A DNA stretch of 64,000 nt, taken from the human T2T-CHM13v2.0 reference genome, Homo sapiens. The stretch lies in assembly GCF_009914755.1 (NCBI RefSeq), contig NC_060941.1; one strand, 5' to 3'. Under the pieces are notes generated by a model, which made no database searches, was not told where the DNA came from, and worked only from the letters and a program-made list of their open reading frames with translations. Positions 14,205-35,079 of the stretch are shown here, one piece after another. A program made the position numbers and the translations under genes. Positions within the stretch are counted from its first letter, which is position 1; each line of letters begins with the position of its first letter.

Positions 14205-14640
14205 GTAAGTATGCTTCAGCTACATACCGTACTTGAGGGCAAGTATCTTCCAGACACACAGAGGAAGTCTCTGAATTGTTGTGAATTTTTTTTTAAAAAA
14301 CAAGCTTTCCTTTACCAGAATGCTTTAAACCTTTCCAGTAAAGTTTTGGCTATTTAATCCCTATAAATACCTTTGTATAGATTATCTTTGGTACTACAAA
14401 AGTTGTGAGACAAAGGAAAGAGAGGTGCTGCTTTAGATTTAGGATTCTGCCGAGGCTCTTTAAAAAAAGGGAATCTTGGGCCGGGTGCAGTGGCTCACAC
14501 CTGTAATCCCAGCACTTTGGGAGGCCAAGGCAGGTGGGTCACTTCAGTCCAGGAGTTCGAGACCAGCCTGACCAACATGGTGAAACCCTACCTCTACTAA
14601 AAATAAAAAAACTAGCCAGGCGTTGTGGTGCACACGTTTA

Positions 14641-14826
<186 letters not shown>

Positions 14827-15705
14827 TTAGCATTTTTATAAAATAATGAAGCTTCAACTGGCTCCAGGTGCTTGCATCCCAGTTACTTGGGGTAGTGACA
14901 ATAATTATATTATTAGCAGCTAACATCTATCAGATATTTACCATGTACCAGTCTCTATGCTAACCATTTCACTTGGATCAAGTCAATGAATTCTCATGAC
15001 AAACTTATAAAGTACCGTTACTTCCATTTAGTGAAGAAATTAAGGTATAAAGAGGTTACAGAGCTAGTTAGTACTAGAACCAGGTCATAAGAGATAGTGT
15101 ATTATAGTAGTTAAGAGCTTGGGTCTAGACTTAAAAAGCTTGAGTATAAATTTTGGCTCTCCAGCTTGCCAGCTCTGTGATGTGATTCTATCCAAATTTA
15201 TTTTTCTTTCCTTTTTTTTTTTTCCCTAGAGACTGACTCTTGCTATGTTGCCCAGGCTGGTCTCAAACTCCTGGCCTCAAGCAGTCCTCCCGCCTAGGCC
15301 TCTCAGAGTGCTGGGATTACAGGTGTGAGCAACTGTGCCTGGCCTCTATTCAAGTTTTAATTTTCTAAGGTTCTTAGAGTTAGTGTAAAGATTTAATTAG
15401 AGATACTGCATATAAGCATAGCACAGTATCTGGCACACAATAATTCCTCAATAAATGGCAGTTTCTGTTGTTTTGCTGTCATTGTTGAAATGATCTTTAG
15501 CATTCCCTCCTTCTTCCTATTTGAAGTTTTTGTGATTATTGATAGCTGTCACCTACTATCTATAAGAAATAGTTGGCTTCTTTTTTTTTTTTATTTGAGA
15601 CGGAGTCTGGCTCTGTTGCGCAGGCTGGAGTTCAGTGGTGCCATCTTGGTTCACCACAACCTCTGCCTTCTAGGTTCAAGCGAGTCTCCTGCCTCAGCCT
15701 CCTGA

Positions 15706-15885
<180 letters not shown>

Positions 15886-16150
15886 TAGTTGGCTTCTTAA
15901 CACAGCCCTGTGGGTGCAACATAGCCTTATGGATGTAAGTTCAGCCTAGTATAATGGCTCTTTAACAGTGGAAACCATTTTTGAAATTAAATTTTGTGTG
16001 AGCCCCAATCTACAAATAAGATAAAAGTGGGCTGGGCACGGTGGCTCACACCTGTAATCCCAGCACTTTGGGAGGCCGAGGCGGGCGGATCACTTGAGGT
16101 CCAGAGTTCAAGACCAGCCTGACCAACATGGAGAAACCCCGTGTCTACTA

Positions 16151-16309
<159 letters not shown>

Positions 16310-17077
16310 TCAAAAAAAGATAAAAGTGGAATTACTTTGGTTGAACTTTAATGGTTCAATTTATGTGTAGAGCCCAGGACCCGCCGGTATCTGGCAGTGC
16401 CCTTTCTCTTTACATTAACCTCTAAGATACTCTTGTGGTATCCTGGGGCTCTGTGGAACCTAGTTTGAATTTTGAAACCCACTGGTGCAGTATTTTGGAA
16501 TCTGTGAACCTTTGTTAACATGTAGAAAACACCACGCAGCTCTTCTGTTTAGCAAGATGCATATAGAGACTCTGATAACTAATTTTGGTTTCCTGATATT
16601 GGCTGCCTCTAAGAAATATGGAGAAGAGGTACTACATGTCAAAGAGAACTCTTTTTTTGTAATTCTAATTGTTTTTTAAGGAAAGGCATATGCTTATAGC
16701 ACTTGTGTGACTTTGAAAAAATTTATAAAAATAGAAAAAACAGGAAGCAAATATGACTATAGTAAAAGTTGGTTACTTTTTGAGAGTGGAAATATGAGCA
16801 ATTCTTACTTTCTTTGTACTTTTCTGTTGGTTTTTTTCCCCTTATTTCTTACAGATAGAAAAGGAATACAAATATTTAATATTTAATACTTAGTATTAAG
16901 AAAAGGATTTCAGACTAGGGAAAATCTACTTGGGTCTTGGAGAAATAATTGTGAAAGCAGTTTTGCAAAGGAAACAGACTTTAAGAACAAAACCCAAAAC
17001 CGGTTTCTTGGTCAGTTAGGAAGCCCTTCAGTTCTGCTGCATTGTCATTGTGGTCATTGTGTTTTCTATACCCCCAG

Positions 17078-17210
17078 GTGCCAGAACCTACGATCACCTC
17101 AAGAAGACACGGGAGGAAGAGCGCCTTAAACGCACTATGCTCTCAGAAGTTCTCCAGTATATCCAGGACAGTAGTGCTTGCCAGCAGTGGCTCCGCCGGC
17201 AAGCTGACAT
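17078..17210 (+). CDS. TADA2A: TADA2A coding exon (133 nt): (S)ARTYDHLKKTREEERLKRTMLSEVLQYIQDSSACQQWLRRQAD(I)
   Basis: CCCCCAG acceptor, AT|GTGAGT donor, frame-consistent. Confidence 0.96.
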
Positions 17211-17771
17211 GTGAGTAATTACTCCAGGGTGAAGGAGGCATTCTTTCTGGGATGCCTTGGCCTTCACATATATTTTTGGGCACCCTAGATGGCAGAGTAA
17301 TAATAATTGAGTAGCTGGAAGAATTCAGAAATATTTTAGCAGTCCATCTCAGAAACAGTGCCATACTGACAGTTTTGAGAAATAACTGACCTCCTAGAAT
17401 CATACTTTACTACTTTGATCCTATTTTTTAAAATGAGTGTATTTTCCCCCAGCCTTCTACCCATGACTTCAACTCTCTCTTCATACCTAGATTTTCACTG
17501 GGGAATCATGTTTGTATCCCTTCCCCTTGAGTGGTGTTAGTGGTGTTCTAGATTACAAGCTCTTCTTAACAAATCTGAGGAATTTTTCTTCCTCAGAACA
17601 GATTTTCTTTCCTGCTCAATACAGTGAGATATCTGTAAAACATAGTTCAGTCTATCTCATTACACTTCTTCAAGGTGACCTACCTGATAAATGGCACCCA
17701 GTCTCACCGGGGCTTTTGGAAATCACCTTGTTTGATATGACCTAAGTTTAAATTCCTCTTCTTCGTTGTAG

Positions 17772-17815
17772 TGATTCCGGCCTGAGTCCTTCCATTCCAA
17801 TGGCTTCGAATTCAG
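17772..17815 (+). CDS. TADA2A: TADA2A coding exon (44 nt): (I)DSGLSPSIPMASNS(G)
   Basis: CTTCTTCGTTGTAG acceptor, CAG|GTAATT donor, frame-consistent. Confidence 0.93.
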
Positions 17816-18102
17816 GTAATTATTTCTCAGGCCAGAACAAGTCTTAATTGTGAAGTTTGCATCGTAGGGGTTATAGTGACCCAGCAATCTTCCTTCCTCT
17901 GTGGTGTCAGGGTGCTTAGGCAGAGTAACAGTAATCAAGTGTTAGCCCAATATATAAACATCAGTATGTTTTCAGAACCTTCATGGCCAGACAGAGACTA
18001 TCCTCAGAGTGACAGTATAGAGTATAGACAGTATAGAGACAGGGGAAAAAAGAACTTCAGAGAGGTAACTTCTTTATTTTACCAATGTTCATGAGCAGTT
18101 AG

Positions 18103-18502
<400 letters not shown>

Positions 18503-18666
18503 TAACATGAGCAAAGAAGCATGTTACTTGCCAGAAACATAAGGATTTCTGAGTTAGAGACCTAAAGTATTTCTATTTCTTCGTTTTACCTCTTTGAGTA
18601 TGTCCTATTTTGAAATTAGTATACAGAGCAAGATTAAGCCATACGCTATCTGATGATCCTTGGTGA

Positions 18667-19089
<423 letters not shown>

Positions 19090-19257
19090 TGATTTTTTCT
19101 TAATATGGAAAGAAGAAAAAGGTATTGTTTTAGGGGAGTGGCTAAGACAGTGAAATCAAAGTTTTATTTTGTAAGTTTCTTACTGCCAACACTCTACCCC
19201 CAAAATCTAAATACAACTAAGTTAATACTGGCTAATTAAAATGAAGGAACTGGGTCA

Positions 19258-19536
<279 letters not shown>

Positions 19537-19569
19537 TCAAAAAATAAATTAATTAATTAATTAAATTAA

Positions 19570-20007
<438 letters not shown>

Positions 20008-20752
20008 TGAGGAGATCTCTTGCTCTCCTTTATGTTCTGAGTTCTTAAGGCATCTATGTATTGGAAGCCTGGCATCTTTGATTGTAGCCTAGCCTCTGGT
20101 GACTTTTGTGAGGAACCAAATGGTTTTATCTCCCTTTTTGAGGATTTGGAATAATCCCTTATGCCTTTTGTTGATGTAACAGAGAAGCCTGTTTTCCACC
20201 AGTGGAGCTTGTAACAGTCCCTCCCCTTTCTCTGCCCCACTTGAAAAGCAACCTCTATAAAACTTCGACATTTTCTTTGCTTAACTCAGTCTATCCATTC
20301 CCAGCTGAATACCAATCCCTAATACACATTCAAAACAAAACCAAAAAAGTTTTGCTCATCAAGCTTCCCCTCCTGGCCAGTGACCTCCTACTTGGGTTTC
20401 TTTCTCAGGTGTGTGAGTTGACCTCAGCCCCTGCTTTGCCATATAATGGCTCATTGTTCCTGTTTGTGGATCTTGCAGGTAAACAGGGCTACTTTGGAAG
20501 GAACAGATATTCCCTCACATAATAAAAAAGAAGGGCCTTTTGCTGGCCTAACAGTCTTTCTTTGATCTGAAGGCACACAGTACTTGGTTAATTACCATGT
20601 TTGCCTTGTACTGCTGGCCGAGTGGCAAGGATTAGGGAATGTCTGTTCTGCAGTTATTATTTCCATTCGTCAGCTGTCAAAGCAGGCATTGTGTGATGTT
20701 TCTTAACTGGATGACATCTGGGCATCAGATTTTAGAGTCTCCTACATGGTTA

Positions 20753-20959
<207 letters not shown>

Positions 20960-21232
20960 TTACATTTGATGCTAAGGTATGTGTGACTGTATGTGTATTT
21001 TAGCAGATTATGGGTAATTCATGTGCCCTGAATATGTAATTCATTTTCAAGTGAATGTTCGGGTGCCCATGTTGTTAGCTAAACAGGCCTGAGGGAATGG
21101 GACAGGATTTCCTAAGCTGGATATAGTGATCCTATACCTAACTGGCCTGGCTGCACTGAACTTTTTAATACTTTACACCTGAGAAATTGTCACTCCTATT
21201 AAATCTATGCTGTTTCCTTTCTCTGTCTATAG

Positions 21233-21306
21233 GTAGACGGAGTGCACCACCCTTGAACCTCACTGGCCTCCCTGGCACAGAGAAGCTGAATGAAAAAGAA
21301 AAGGAG
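21233..21306 (+). CDS. TADA2A: TADA2A coding exon (74 nt): (G)RRSAPPLNLTGLPGTEKLNEKEKE
   Basis: Pyrimidine tract plus TAG acceptor, GAG|GTAACA donor; start of the SWIRM domain. Confidence 0.96.
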
Positions 21307-21693
21307 GTAACAAAAGGGAGGGGGCTGGGAGAAAGAGAATAGGGGCTGATTATTCATTGAGTTGTCATTAAAAATCCATTACAGGGTCAAACCCCTTTTG
21401 TTTCATTCATCTAACATATATGCACAGCTCTGGTGAATCCTAGAAGTCCAAGAGCTAAAGAGCCGTTTGTGGCAGATTTCAGAGAATTGCTTACCTTGTC
21501 ACCCTACCACCATTCCTCTTTTGGGGAAAGCACATGTGGTATGTAGATGACATAATAATAGCAACTATCATCTATTGAGCACTTACCATGTGCTACTCTA
21601 CTAAGTGCTTTATGTAAATAAAATTAATTTTTTGTAAACCTAAAGTAACTTTTACATGAAAATAGATATTTCCTATTAGAATGGCTGCCTTGA

Positions 21694-21993
<300 letters not shown>

Positions 21994-22084
21994 TAGGCGC
22001 TTGCCACCATGCCTGGCTAATTTTTGTAGTTTTTAGTAGAGATGGGGTTTCACCATGTTGGCCAGGCTGATCTTGAACTCCTGA

Positions 22085-22270
<186 letters not shown>

Positions 22271-23473
22271 TAGCTGGGACTACAGGCGCATACCACCACA
22301 CCCGGCTAATTTTTGTATTTTTAGTAGAGACGGGGTTTCACCTTGTTAGCCAGGCTGGTCTCGAACTCCTGACTTCAGGTGATCCACTCACACCAGCTCC
22401 AAAAGTGCTGGGATTAGAGATGTGAGCCACTGCACCGGCCTGATTAAAAAATTATGTGACCTACTTTTTCCAGTTGCAATCATCAGACATGTCTTCATAT
22501 TGATTTTATCTGTTTCTAAAATTTAAAGCCAGCCTCATAAGAGTCATCATCAGGAGTTTTCAGAAAACTTTGTCACATCTCTGAAGTCTGTTCCTCTTTT
22601 GGAGGAGTTCCTCTTTTGCTCCTCATATGCTCCTTTTATAATTCCCAAGGTCAGTTCCCCATCTCCCACCATATATCATTAGTTCAGTTCAGATAATAAG
22701 GAAGGGTCATAGTGTAGGGGATAGTGTTAGTCTTATTTTATCCACCAGGAACAGTAAGGATTAGTTTGGGAGTGGAAGGAAATGTATGTAGTATCTATGT
22801 ATTGCTGAAGGAGGTCATAGGTCAGCCTGATTCAAATATTGAATGGCCTGGAATTTCAAGCTTTTTTTATCCTTACCCACATAATGGTGACCTCAGACTC
22901 CTCATTGCTGGATAATGTGGCAATTTTCTAGATTTTTAGCAGTTAAAGTTACCTCCTCTTAGCAAGGTCTCTTTATCTCCTTTCCCTTTGAAGTAGGAAA
23001 TGTAATCCCCAAAGCAGGGACTACTGCTTTATGCTGACACTAAAAACAATGTGATGCAGCCTTGAGAATCCAAGTGTCTGTGCATTCTGCCCCCACTGTG
23101 CCCCATGGCTCTTCCCTGACCATTGGTGCTGGGACTGTACCTGGGCATTTAGTGTTTGACTCCTGAAAGAGCCAGGCTGCTCCTCAGGAGCACATAGTTG
23201 TAAATCCCTAACAAACCCAGGCCCCTGAGCCAGCTGGCATGTGCTAAAGGCTCTTCTAGTATCACACCCTGGCTTTCTCTTCCTGGGTGTGTGTCCTTAG
23301 GGAGTGTTCTCTCCAGAGAGGAAGAGACTAAATGGAATGTAGTCCAGCCACCCATCAGCTCCTATAAATAGTTGGAGGTTGATGTCACTTTAAAAAATTT
23401 TTTGCTATACCTGCTGGATTAAATTACAAAAATGACAGATGTTAATGTTTATTAAATTTGCCGTGTCTTGCAG

Positions 23474-23659
23474 CTCTGTCAGATGGTGAGGTTGGTCCCT
23501 GGAGCCTATTTAGAATACAAATCTGCTCTATTGAACGAATGTAACAAGCAAGGAGGCTTAAGACTGGCGCAGGCAAGAGCACTCATCAAGATAGATGTGA
23601 ACAAAACCCGGAAAATCTATGATTTCCTCATCAGAGAAGGATACATCACTAAAGGCTAA
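23474..23659 (+). CDS. TADA2A: TADA2A terminal coding exon (SWIRM domain): LCQMVRLVPGAYLEYK...KIDVNKTRKIYDFLIREGYITKG-stop
   Basis: TCTTGCAG acceptor; ADA2 SWIRM signature IDVNKTRKIYDFL; TAA at 23657-23659. Confidence 0.97.
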   Translation, partial: LCQMVRLVPGAYLEYKSALLNECNKQGGLRLAQARALIKIDVNKTRKIYDFLIREGYITKG

Positions 23660-26410
<2,751 letters not shown>

Positions 26411-27585
26411 ACTCTTCTCTGTGCTCAAAGACCAAGACTCTGTCTCTTGCGATACCAATTAATACTAAATATTCAGTTTATCTTTTCCTGGGTCCCAGTT
26501 TCTTTCCTTTTATTGTTAACCGTCTTCACTTCCCCCGCTTTTAAAAATCTGAACTCAGTTAAGCAACCAGTCATTGAAATGACTGGGGGTTAGCTGGAAA
26601 AGGGAGAAAACCAATGGCATTCATCAATAACAACAAAATCCCAGTTTGTAGGACATTCTAGCTTTAGGAAATATGTAGGTATGTAACAAGAGAAAAAATC
26701 TGCATTGAAGAATCAGAGGCCACATTACACAGCAGTTTGGGAAAACTCACTCATAAATATGTATGAGTTTTATTATTTCTTTGGTAAACCCAGCTTTGCA
26801 AAGCTTTATGCCTAGAATCCCTCCAAAAAACACTTTTTCACCCATCTTTAAGCAAACAGTGGTACTGTATTCTCAACAGCATTCTGGGGAACTTCGCCCA
26901 TTCATTTTTAAGGATATCTTTGTGGACACCTTCTAAATGTACATTGCATTATTCTTGACAACACAAAAGGGTTTTCTGTATCTTATATGCACCTAGCTTT
27001 TTGTTTGAATTTCTAAAAATTATATTGAAATAAAAGTTTGATTCAAGAGGTGCTGCTGATCTGGAAGCTTTGCTTTCCTTTCCAACGTGCTTAGCCAAAT
27101 GCAGCTAACCTTTCCCACATCTGCCAGAAGGGACCATCTTTGGAACACGAGGACACTGCCATGTCTGTGGCCTTGCATAGAAGAGTTGGCCAAGCTAAAA
27201 GAATTCTTTTTAATCAGACACTGGCTGGGTGCAGTGGCTCATGCCTGTAATCCTAGCACTTTTTGTGGCTGAAGTGGGAGAGTCACTTGAAGCCAGGAGT
27301 TTGAGACCAGGCTGGACAACACAGCAAGACCCCCATCTCTACATTAAAAAAAAAGAAAGAATGCTGGGTGTGGTGGCTCACGCTTTTTCTCCTAGCTACT
27401 TGGAAGGCTAAGGCAGGAGGATTGCTTGGGCCTGGGTAGTCAAGGCTGCAGTAAGCCATGATTTGTGCCATTGTAATGTAGCCTGAGTGACAGGGCAAGA
27501 CCCTGTCTCTACCAAAAAAAAAAAAAAAGACGATACCTAGTCCTTTTGAGCCAAATGTAAGTGAAACAGAGCAAGAGCAGGGTCA

Positions 27586-27956
<371 letters not shown>

Positions 27957-29097
27957 TTAACTTGGGAATTTGGAACCTAAGTAGCCAGTCCTTGAAGTGT
28001 GCATCAGAACTGACGTGTTAGTGTGCTGTGTTTGAGGAGGGAAAAATGAACAGTTGCTGAGAGGTATGGAAAACCAGTTTCTTTGTCTAATGGCAGGGAG
28101 TTCTTTTTCTGTTGTTTGTTGCCTTGGCTTCCAGCAGTTAAGGTGTACTGCAATCAAACTGCCCTTTGATTTGATTGACTAAGCTACAAATCAGAGACAT
28201 TATTTAAGGGAAAGGTGAATGTCGTGCATCTGCCATCACAATTCCTTTGTCACTTGAGTAGCTTGTTATGCATTGTGTCCTAGGCCCCCTTCCCTGTTGA
28301 CAGTAGGAATAAGGAAATGGAGATAGCACAGGAAGTTAACCACTAAAAGGTTCCAACCCCTGAAAACTACAAAAAATTTATTTCATAGATGTAGCCCTGA
28401 AGGTCACTGTACTTACCCTTGTCTTGGAAAACCCTGTAGTTAACTTTTGCCAGCCCAGACTTGGTCTGGATAATTGAGTCTGATGCACCTATTTTCTACG
28501 TTAGAGCACCAGAATGGATTTTTGTGGCACCAAACTAATCATTTGGTTGAATTAACCCCCTCTTCTTAACCAAGCAACACTTTTTTCATCTTGGTCTGGT
28601 CTCCCCTGAGGCTGTGGGTGGCAAAAAGCTTCCAGGTAGCTTATAATAATCCTGCCTTGGTCCAGAGTTGTGTTGAACAGAATCAGCATCTTAGGAAATG
28701 TGGAAAGGAGAAGGTCTCACAGTTGTTTTAAGAAACCAGCACTTTCTTAAGCAGAAATGCTGAAATGCTGCCATCAAATCACCCTTATTCAGTGAACTGA
28801 CAGCCAAGTGCCAACTCATGACACTTCTAACATATCTCTCCTCTTGTTGGAAAGCTAGCTGCCGAGTATACTCTCCATTTCTGAAATTGTTCGCAATGAC
28901 GTAAGACTTTCTTCCTATTGAACAATATATAACTATTGATTTGGATCCTTCCCTCGCCCCTCACCTTTCATTATCATCATTTAGGGAATTCCTTTAAAAC
29001 AGAAAAACATATTAAGAAGTTAAAAATCAACGGAGGGCAGGCGTGGTGACTCACACCTGTAATCCCAGCACTTTGAGAGGCTGAGGTGGGCGGATCA

Positions 29098-29367
<270 letters not shown>

Positions 29368-30904
29368 TCATTTCTGATAACAGTTACTACCAGAGATAAC
29401 TAGCTCCTGGACCGAGGGAGAGAATAGTGCATTTGCCCAATTGATGTCCCCCTATAAGAAAACTGATGTTTTTATTTCAGTTTCTAATCTTATTTCAGTT
29501 TCTAATCTTTAGGAAGTTGTCCAATTTTTGGGGTAATTTAATAGCTTTTCCCAAAAATTATTGAAAAAAGAGCAAAAAGTTCAGAAATGCCTTGAAGACT
29601 CTAGCTGAGATGGATGGACTGATTTGAACTTTTAGTAGCAGACGAGACAGCAGGATTCCGACCCTGAGATCAGGTTATTTGCTTTGGAGAGGTGGGGTAA
29701 CAGCTTTTCCACACAATATCCCTAGTAGGAACCTCTTTTTAGCCTTTTTAAGGGCAAACGGCAGCTGATAAAGCCACTCCCGTGGAGGCAGAAACATTTA
29801 AGCTCTAGCCACAGACAGGTGATAGGAATGTCAACCTCACCTGGCTGTCAACCCCAACAAGAAAATCTTGGCCTTGTTCTGGGCGTGCATAGCTTCAGAT
29901 TCAGGACACTTGTCAGATCTAAGATGGGCATAGGTTTTAATTTCATTTAATTTCAACTTCCAATGATACAAATGGAAGATGCAAAGTGAAATGCTTTTGA
30001 GAGCAAAGTCTCCCAGGGGTGCCTCCACCCACCCCCAGCGACTGTGCAAAAGAAGGCGTTTGTGGGAGAGAAGGGTGACTATAGACGTCATTGCATCATC
30101 CAGATCCCAGCTGTGACCTGGCTCAGAGTTTTCCAGTTAAAAATAACCATGGCTTACAATTGGGGGAAAAGAGTAAACTGTTCCGTCTCCATGGAAACTA
30201 GGAGTGTGTGTTGAGGGGTGGGGGGAAGACAAGCTACAGATTTCTAGCACATGTGGCAAGATGGGGTGGATGTAGGGACCAGAAGCTTAGAGGCCCTCTG
30301 ATGAAAGTTGATACCCCTATTTAGCATCCAGGATGTGGCCAGACACTGCTCCAGGGCTCTGGAGACACTGCATCAAGGATTTGTTTACAACGATGTGTAC
30401 ATCTTGGGTCTGGTGATGAATTAATTTGAGTCTTCTGACTTCCTGTAACAGATTTGCTACTATTTGGCAAAGCAAAGAGCAGATGAGCAAGACTGTAGGT
30501 TAGATGTTGCCTTTTAATCAATCTGGGAACCTCCACTACCTTTCCATTCACATTCTGTTTCTTAGCATATTCAGCACACCTTCATTTGCATATTCAGTAG
30601 TTTGGTTATGACACATGTAGTAGTTTATAACTAGAGGAGAAGTCTCCAGGTTTTTTGGGCTGGTTTGGAAATTTACTCCCCTTCAGTAAGACCAGGTTTT
30701 CTTCTTTGTTCCATGAGTTTACGCAAAGCATCATTCATTAGCTTGTTTGTCTTTAAAGGTAGGTCTCTTACCATTTCTGGTATACTTACTACCAGAGATA
30801 ACTGACTCCTGAGGGAAGAATAGTTCGTTTACCCTTTTTAAAAAGGTCTCTTTAAAATTTTCTTTTCTTCAAATACATTCCAGTTGTAAACAAAATCGTT
30901 TTAA

Positions 30905-31036
<132 letters not shown>

Positions 31037-31488
31037 TGAGTAGCTGGGACTACAGGCGTCTGCCACCACGCCCAGCTAATTTTTATATTTTTAGTAGAGA
31101 TGGGGTTTCACCTTGTTGGTCAGGCTGGTCTCGAACTCCTGACCTCAGGTGATCCACCCGCCTCGGCCTCCCAAAGTGCTGGGATTACAGGCGTTGAGCC
31201 ACCGCGACCAGCCATTTATTTATTTTTTGAGATGCAGTCTCACTGTGTCACCCAGGCTGGAGTTGGAGTGGTGTGATCTCGGTTCACTGAAACCTCTGCC
31301 TCCCTGGTTCAAGCAATTCTCCTGCCTCAACTTCCCGAGTAGCTGGGATTACAGGTGCACACCACCACACGCAGCTAATTTTTGTTATCTTTAGTAGAGA
31401 CAGGATTTCACCACGTTGGGTCAGGCTGGTCGCCATCTCCTGACCTCAAGTGATCCACCTGCTTCAGCCTCCCAGAGTGCTAGGATTA

Positions 31489-31721
<233 letters not shown>

Positions 31722-31941
31722 TTATAGAGCAAATAACTGAGGAAGAAGTAGGGATTGTTGACATTACTGGCTCTCTACAGCTAAATGCTTTCTTGTTTAC
31801 CTGCCTGGTGTACTGAAAAGATCTGAGCACTAATCCCTGTTCTGGTATTTAATAATAATGCAACCTTGGGCAGTTTCTTAATACTTATGTCTAAAGTGTG
31901 GTTGGTAATACCTACCTGACTGGGTTGACGAAGATTAAATG

Positions 31942-32527
<586 letters not shown>

Positions 32528-34150
32528 AAGATTAAATGTGTTAAGGTATATAACACACCTGGTGCCTCCCTTCCTTTTCTTTTCCCACTGAGCCTTTGAC
32601 ATTTAGTTTCACTGCGGTCAGGTATGAGCAAGTACATGATTTTCCTGTACCACCCAATTCACATCATGCAAAAGTCTCACAGAGAGGGACATGAAGATCT
32701 GCAAGAACAAATGTTAAAACAGACAGATGTGCATTTTACAAGGATGTTGTTTATCTTGAAATTCTCATCACTGCATCATTGCTACTGCCCAAGGGTTGAA
32801 TTAAGGGCAAAACATTTCAGAGACAGATTTGAAATTACCTAATTATCCTAGACATGTTGTAATGTTCCCTTTTATAATGCCTGGCTCAAAAAGCTTGATG
32901 TCAGGTTACAGAACTGTATGCATTCTTTGATTGTAATTGTGTTAACAATAGTAAAAAATCTTGCATACAATCAAGACCAGAAAGAAATCCAGATGCTAAT
33001 TGTTGTTTTGTTAAGTAATAAAATGGTGGTAAGCAATGCTTTTTCTCTCCTTTTTGCTTTTTTTTCTTTTTCTTATCTGTAATGTGACAATTCTTTATTA
33101 CTTGGAAAGTACATTTTATGAGAACTGTGAAAACTCGGAAAGTAGAAGTTCAAAGTATTTTACATTTAATAACATCTAGCTAATCCTTATGATATCTAGA
33201 TAAGGTGCTACTTTACATCTTATGAAATAGCACAAGCCTTAGGCAAACTTCTGTAGTAGAAGAAATGTGTTCTGAGACTTCTGAGACTTCTATCTTGCTA
33301 GTTTTTAAGATATCTTTTCTCCCAGAAACCTGGTGTCCAGTGTCCCTCTCAAATCTGCCAAAGGACAGTAGCTTAAAGATTTACTTATCTCAGGGGAGTT
33401 GCATTTTTATAGCCATCAATGGCATATAATTTGGAATTAGAGGCACAGGCAAGCAGGCCTTCCGAATCTCTGTGAGCCACAAGACCCGATGGCACCCTGA
33501 AATCAAACTTCTGTAGACTGGGAGCCTTGTTGACCGCTGTTCCCCAATTCTGACAGATCAAAGCTGTTGCTAATTTGTTAACCAGAGGCAGTGATACAAA
33601 TGGAAGATGCAACTATTCATTCTGAGGGACGCATAAAAGTCTGATTAATCTAAGGAGCAGTCATTGCCCAAGCAGTTAAGGAGAATATTTTTGGAAAGGC
33701 AGACATCAGAAGCTAAGCAGAGTACAAATTTCCACCCTCTACTTACTGTATTAATCATATCAGCTCTCACTCTTCGTAGATGCTGCCCTGCTCGAAAGCA
33801 CTGGTTATTTAGCTGGGAGTCAGGAGAACCCAAACCCTCCCTGGGCATAGACAAATTGTAATTTTATAGCAGACAGCCTCTAAAATGTTTCTACATCCAC
33901 AACAGTTGACACTGCCAGGCGCAGTGGCTCATGCCTCTAATCCCAGCACTATGGGAGGCTGAGGTGGGAGGATTGTTTGAGCTTAGGAGTTCGAGACCAG
34001 GCTGGGCAACATATTATTTAAAGAGACTAGGTCTCTTTAGTAATAACAAGGCCAGGTGCGGTGGCTCACGTCTATAACCTCAGGGGGCATCACCTGAGGT
34101 CGGGAGTTCAAGACCAGCCTGACCAACGTAGAGAAACCCTGTCTCTACTA

Positions 34151-34366
<216 letters not shown>

Positions 34367-34526
34367 CTACTTGGGAAGCTGAAGTGGGAGGACCACCTGA
34401 GCCCGGGAAGTGGAGGCTTCAGTGAGCCATGATTGCACCACTGCACTCCATCCTGAAGCCTATCTTAAAAAAAAAAAGAAGAAAAAGTGACACCTATAAA
34501 AAAACTCACATACTTATAGTCCAGAA

Positions 34527-34722
34527 ATGTGCTGTCCAGTAAGGTAGCCACTAGCCACATGTGGCTATCTAAATTTACTAAAATAAAATTTTAAATTCAC
34601 TTCCTTAGTTACACTAGCCATATTTCGTGTTCAGTAGCCACATGAGGCTAGTGGCTACTGTACTGGAGAGTGGAGATACAGAACATGTCCATCATCACAC
34701 AAAGTTCTACTGGACAGTGCTG
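34527..34722. mobile_element. MER3-like hAT-Charlie MITE
   Basis: TIRs (T)GTGCTGTCCA / TGGACAGTGCTG; internal GTAGCCACTAGCCACATGTGGCTA palindrome; 8-bp TSD GTCCAGAA at 34519-34526 and 34723-34730. Confidence 0.85.
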
Positions 34723-35079
34723 GTCCAGAAGAGAATAACTTCAAATTGCATTTTTGGTACAGGCATGTATAAGCCCGCACTTCCACATTCTGTAAAGGCA
34801 TAAAGCGCCTCCCTACCCCAGGGCATGTCTGTACAGTCATTAAATGGTATGACTCCAGCACTTCTTTCTACTTAATCTCTAAATCTCTAAATCTTGACAC
34901 GCACATCGCACACAACACAAACTCTATTTTAGCCCACCTCCCTCTTCACTGACTCTTCATGGTAGGTTTAGTTCCCATAATCCATGAAAATGCCTAGCTC
35001 CTTGTCACTAGAGCTTGTTTTGGAAACCTGCCTACAGTGTAACAAGCTGGAATGTGAAGAGGGATGCATCTATTTGTGT

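Noticed and set aside
17282-17295. CTCF-like ACCCTAGATGGCAG downstream of a TADA2A exon
   Set aside because: Two mismatches in the 5' core; too weak without ChIP data.
21229-21237. Tandem acceptor TAG-GTAG at a TADA2A exon
   Set aside because: The distal AG would shift the frame by 4 nt; at most splicing noise, with no evidence of use.
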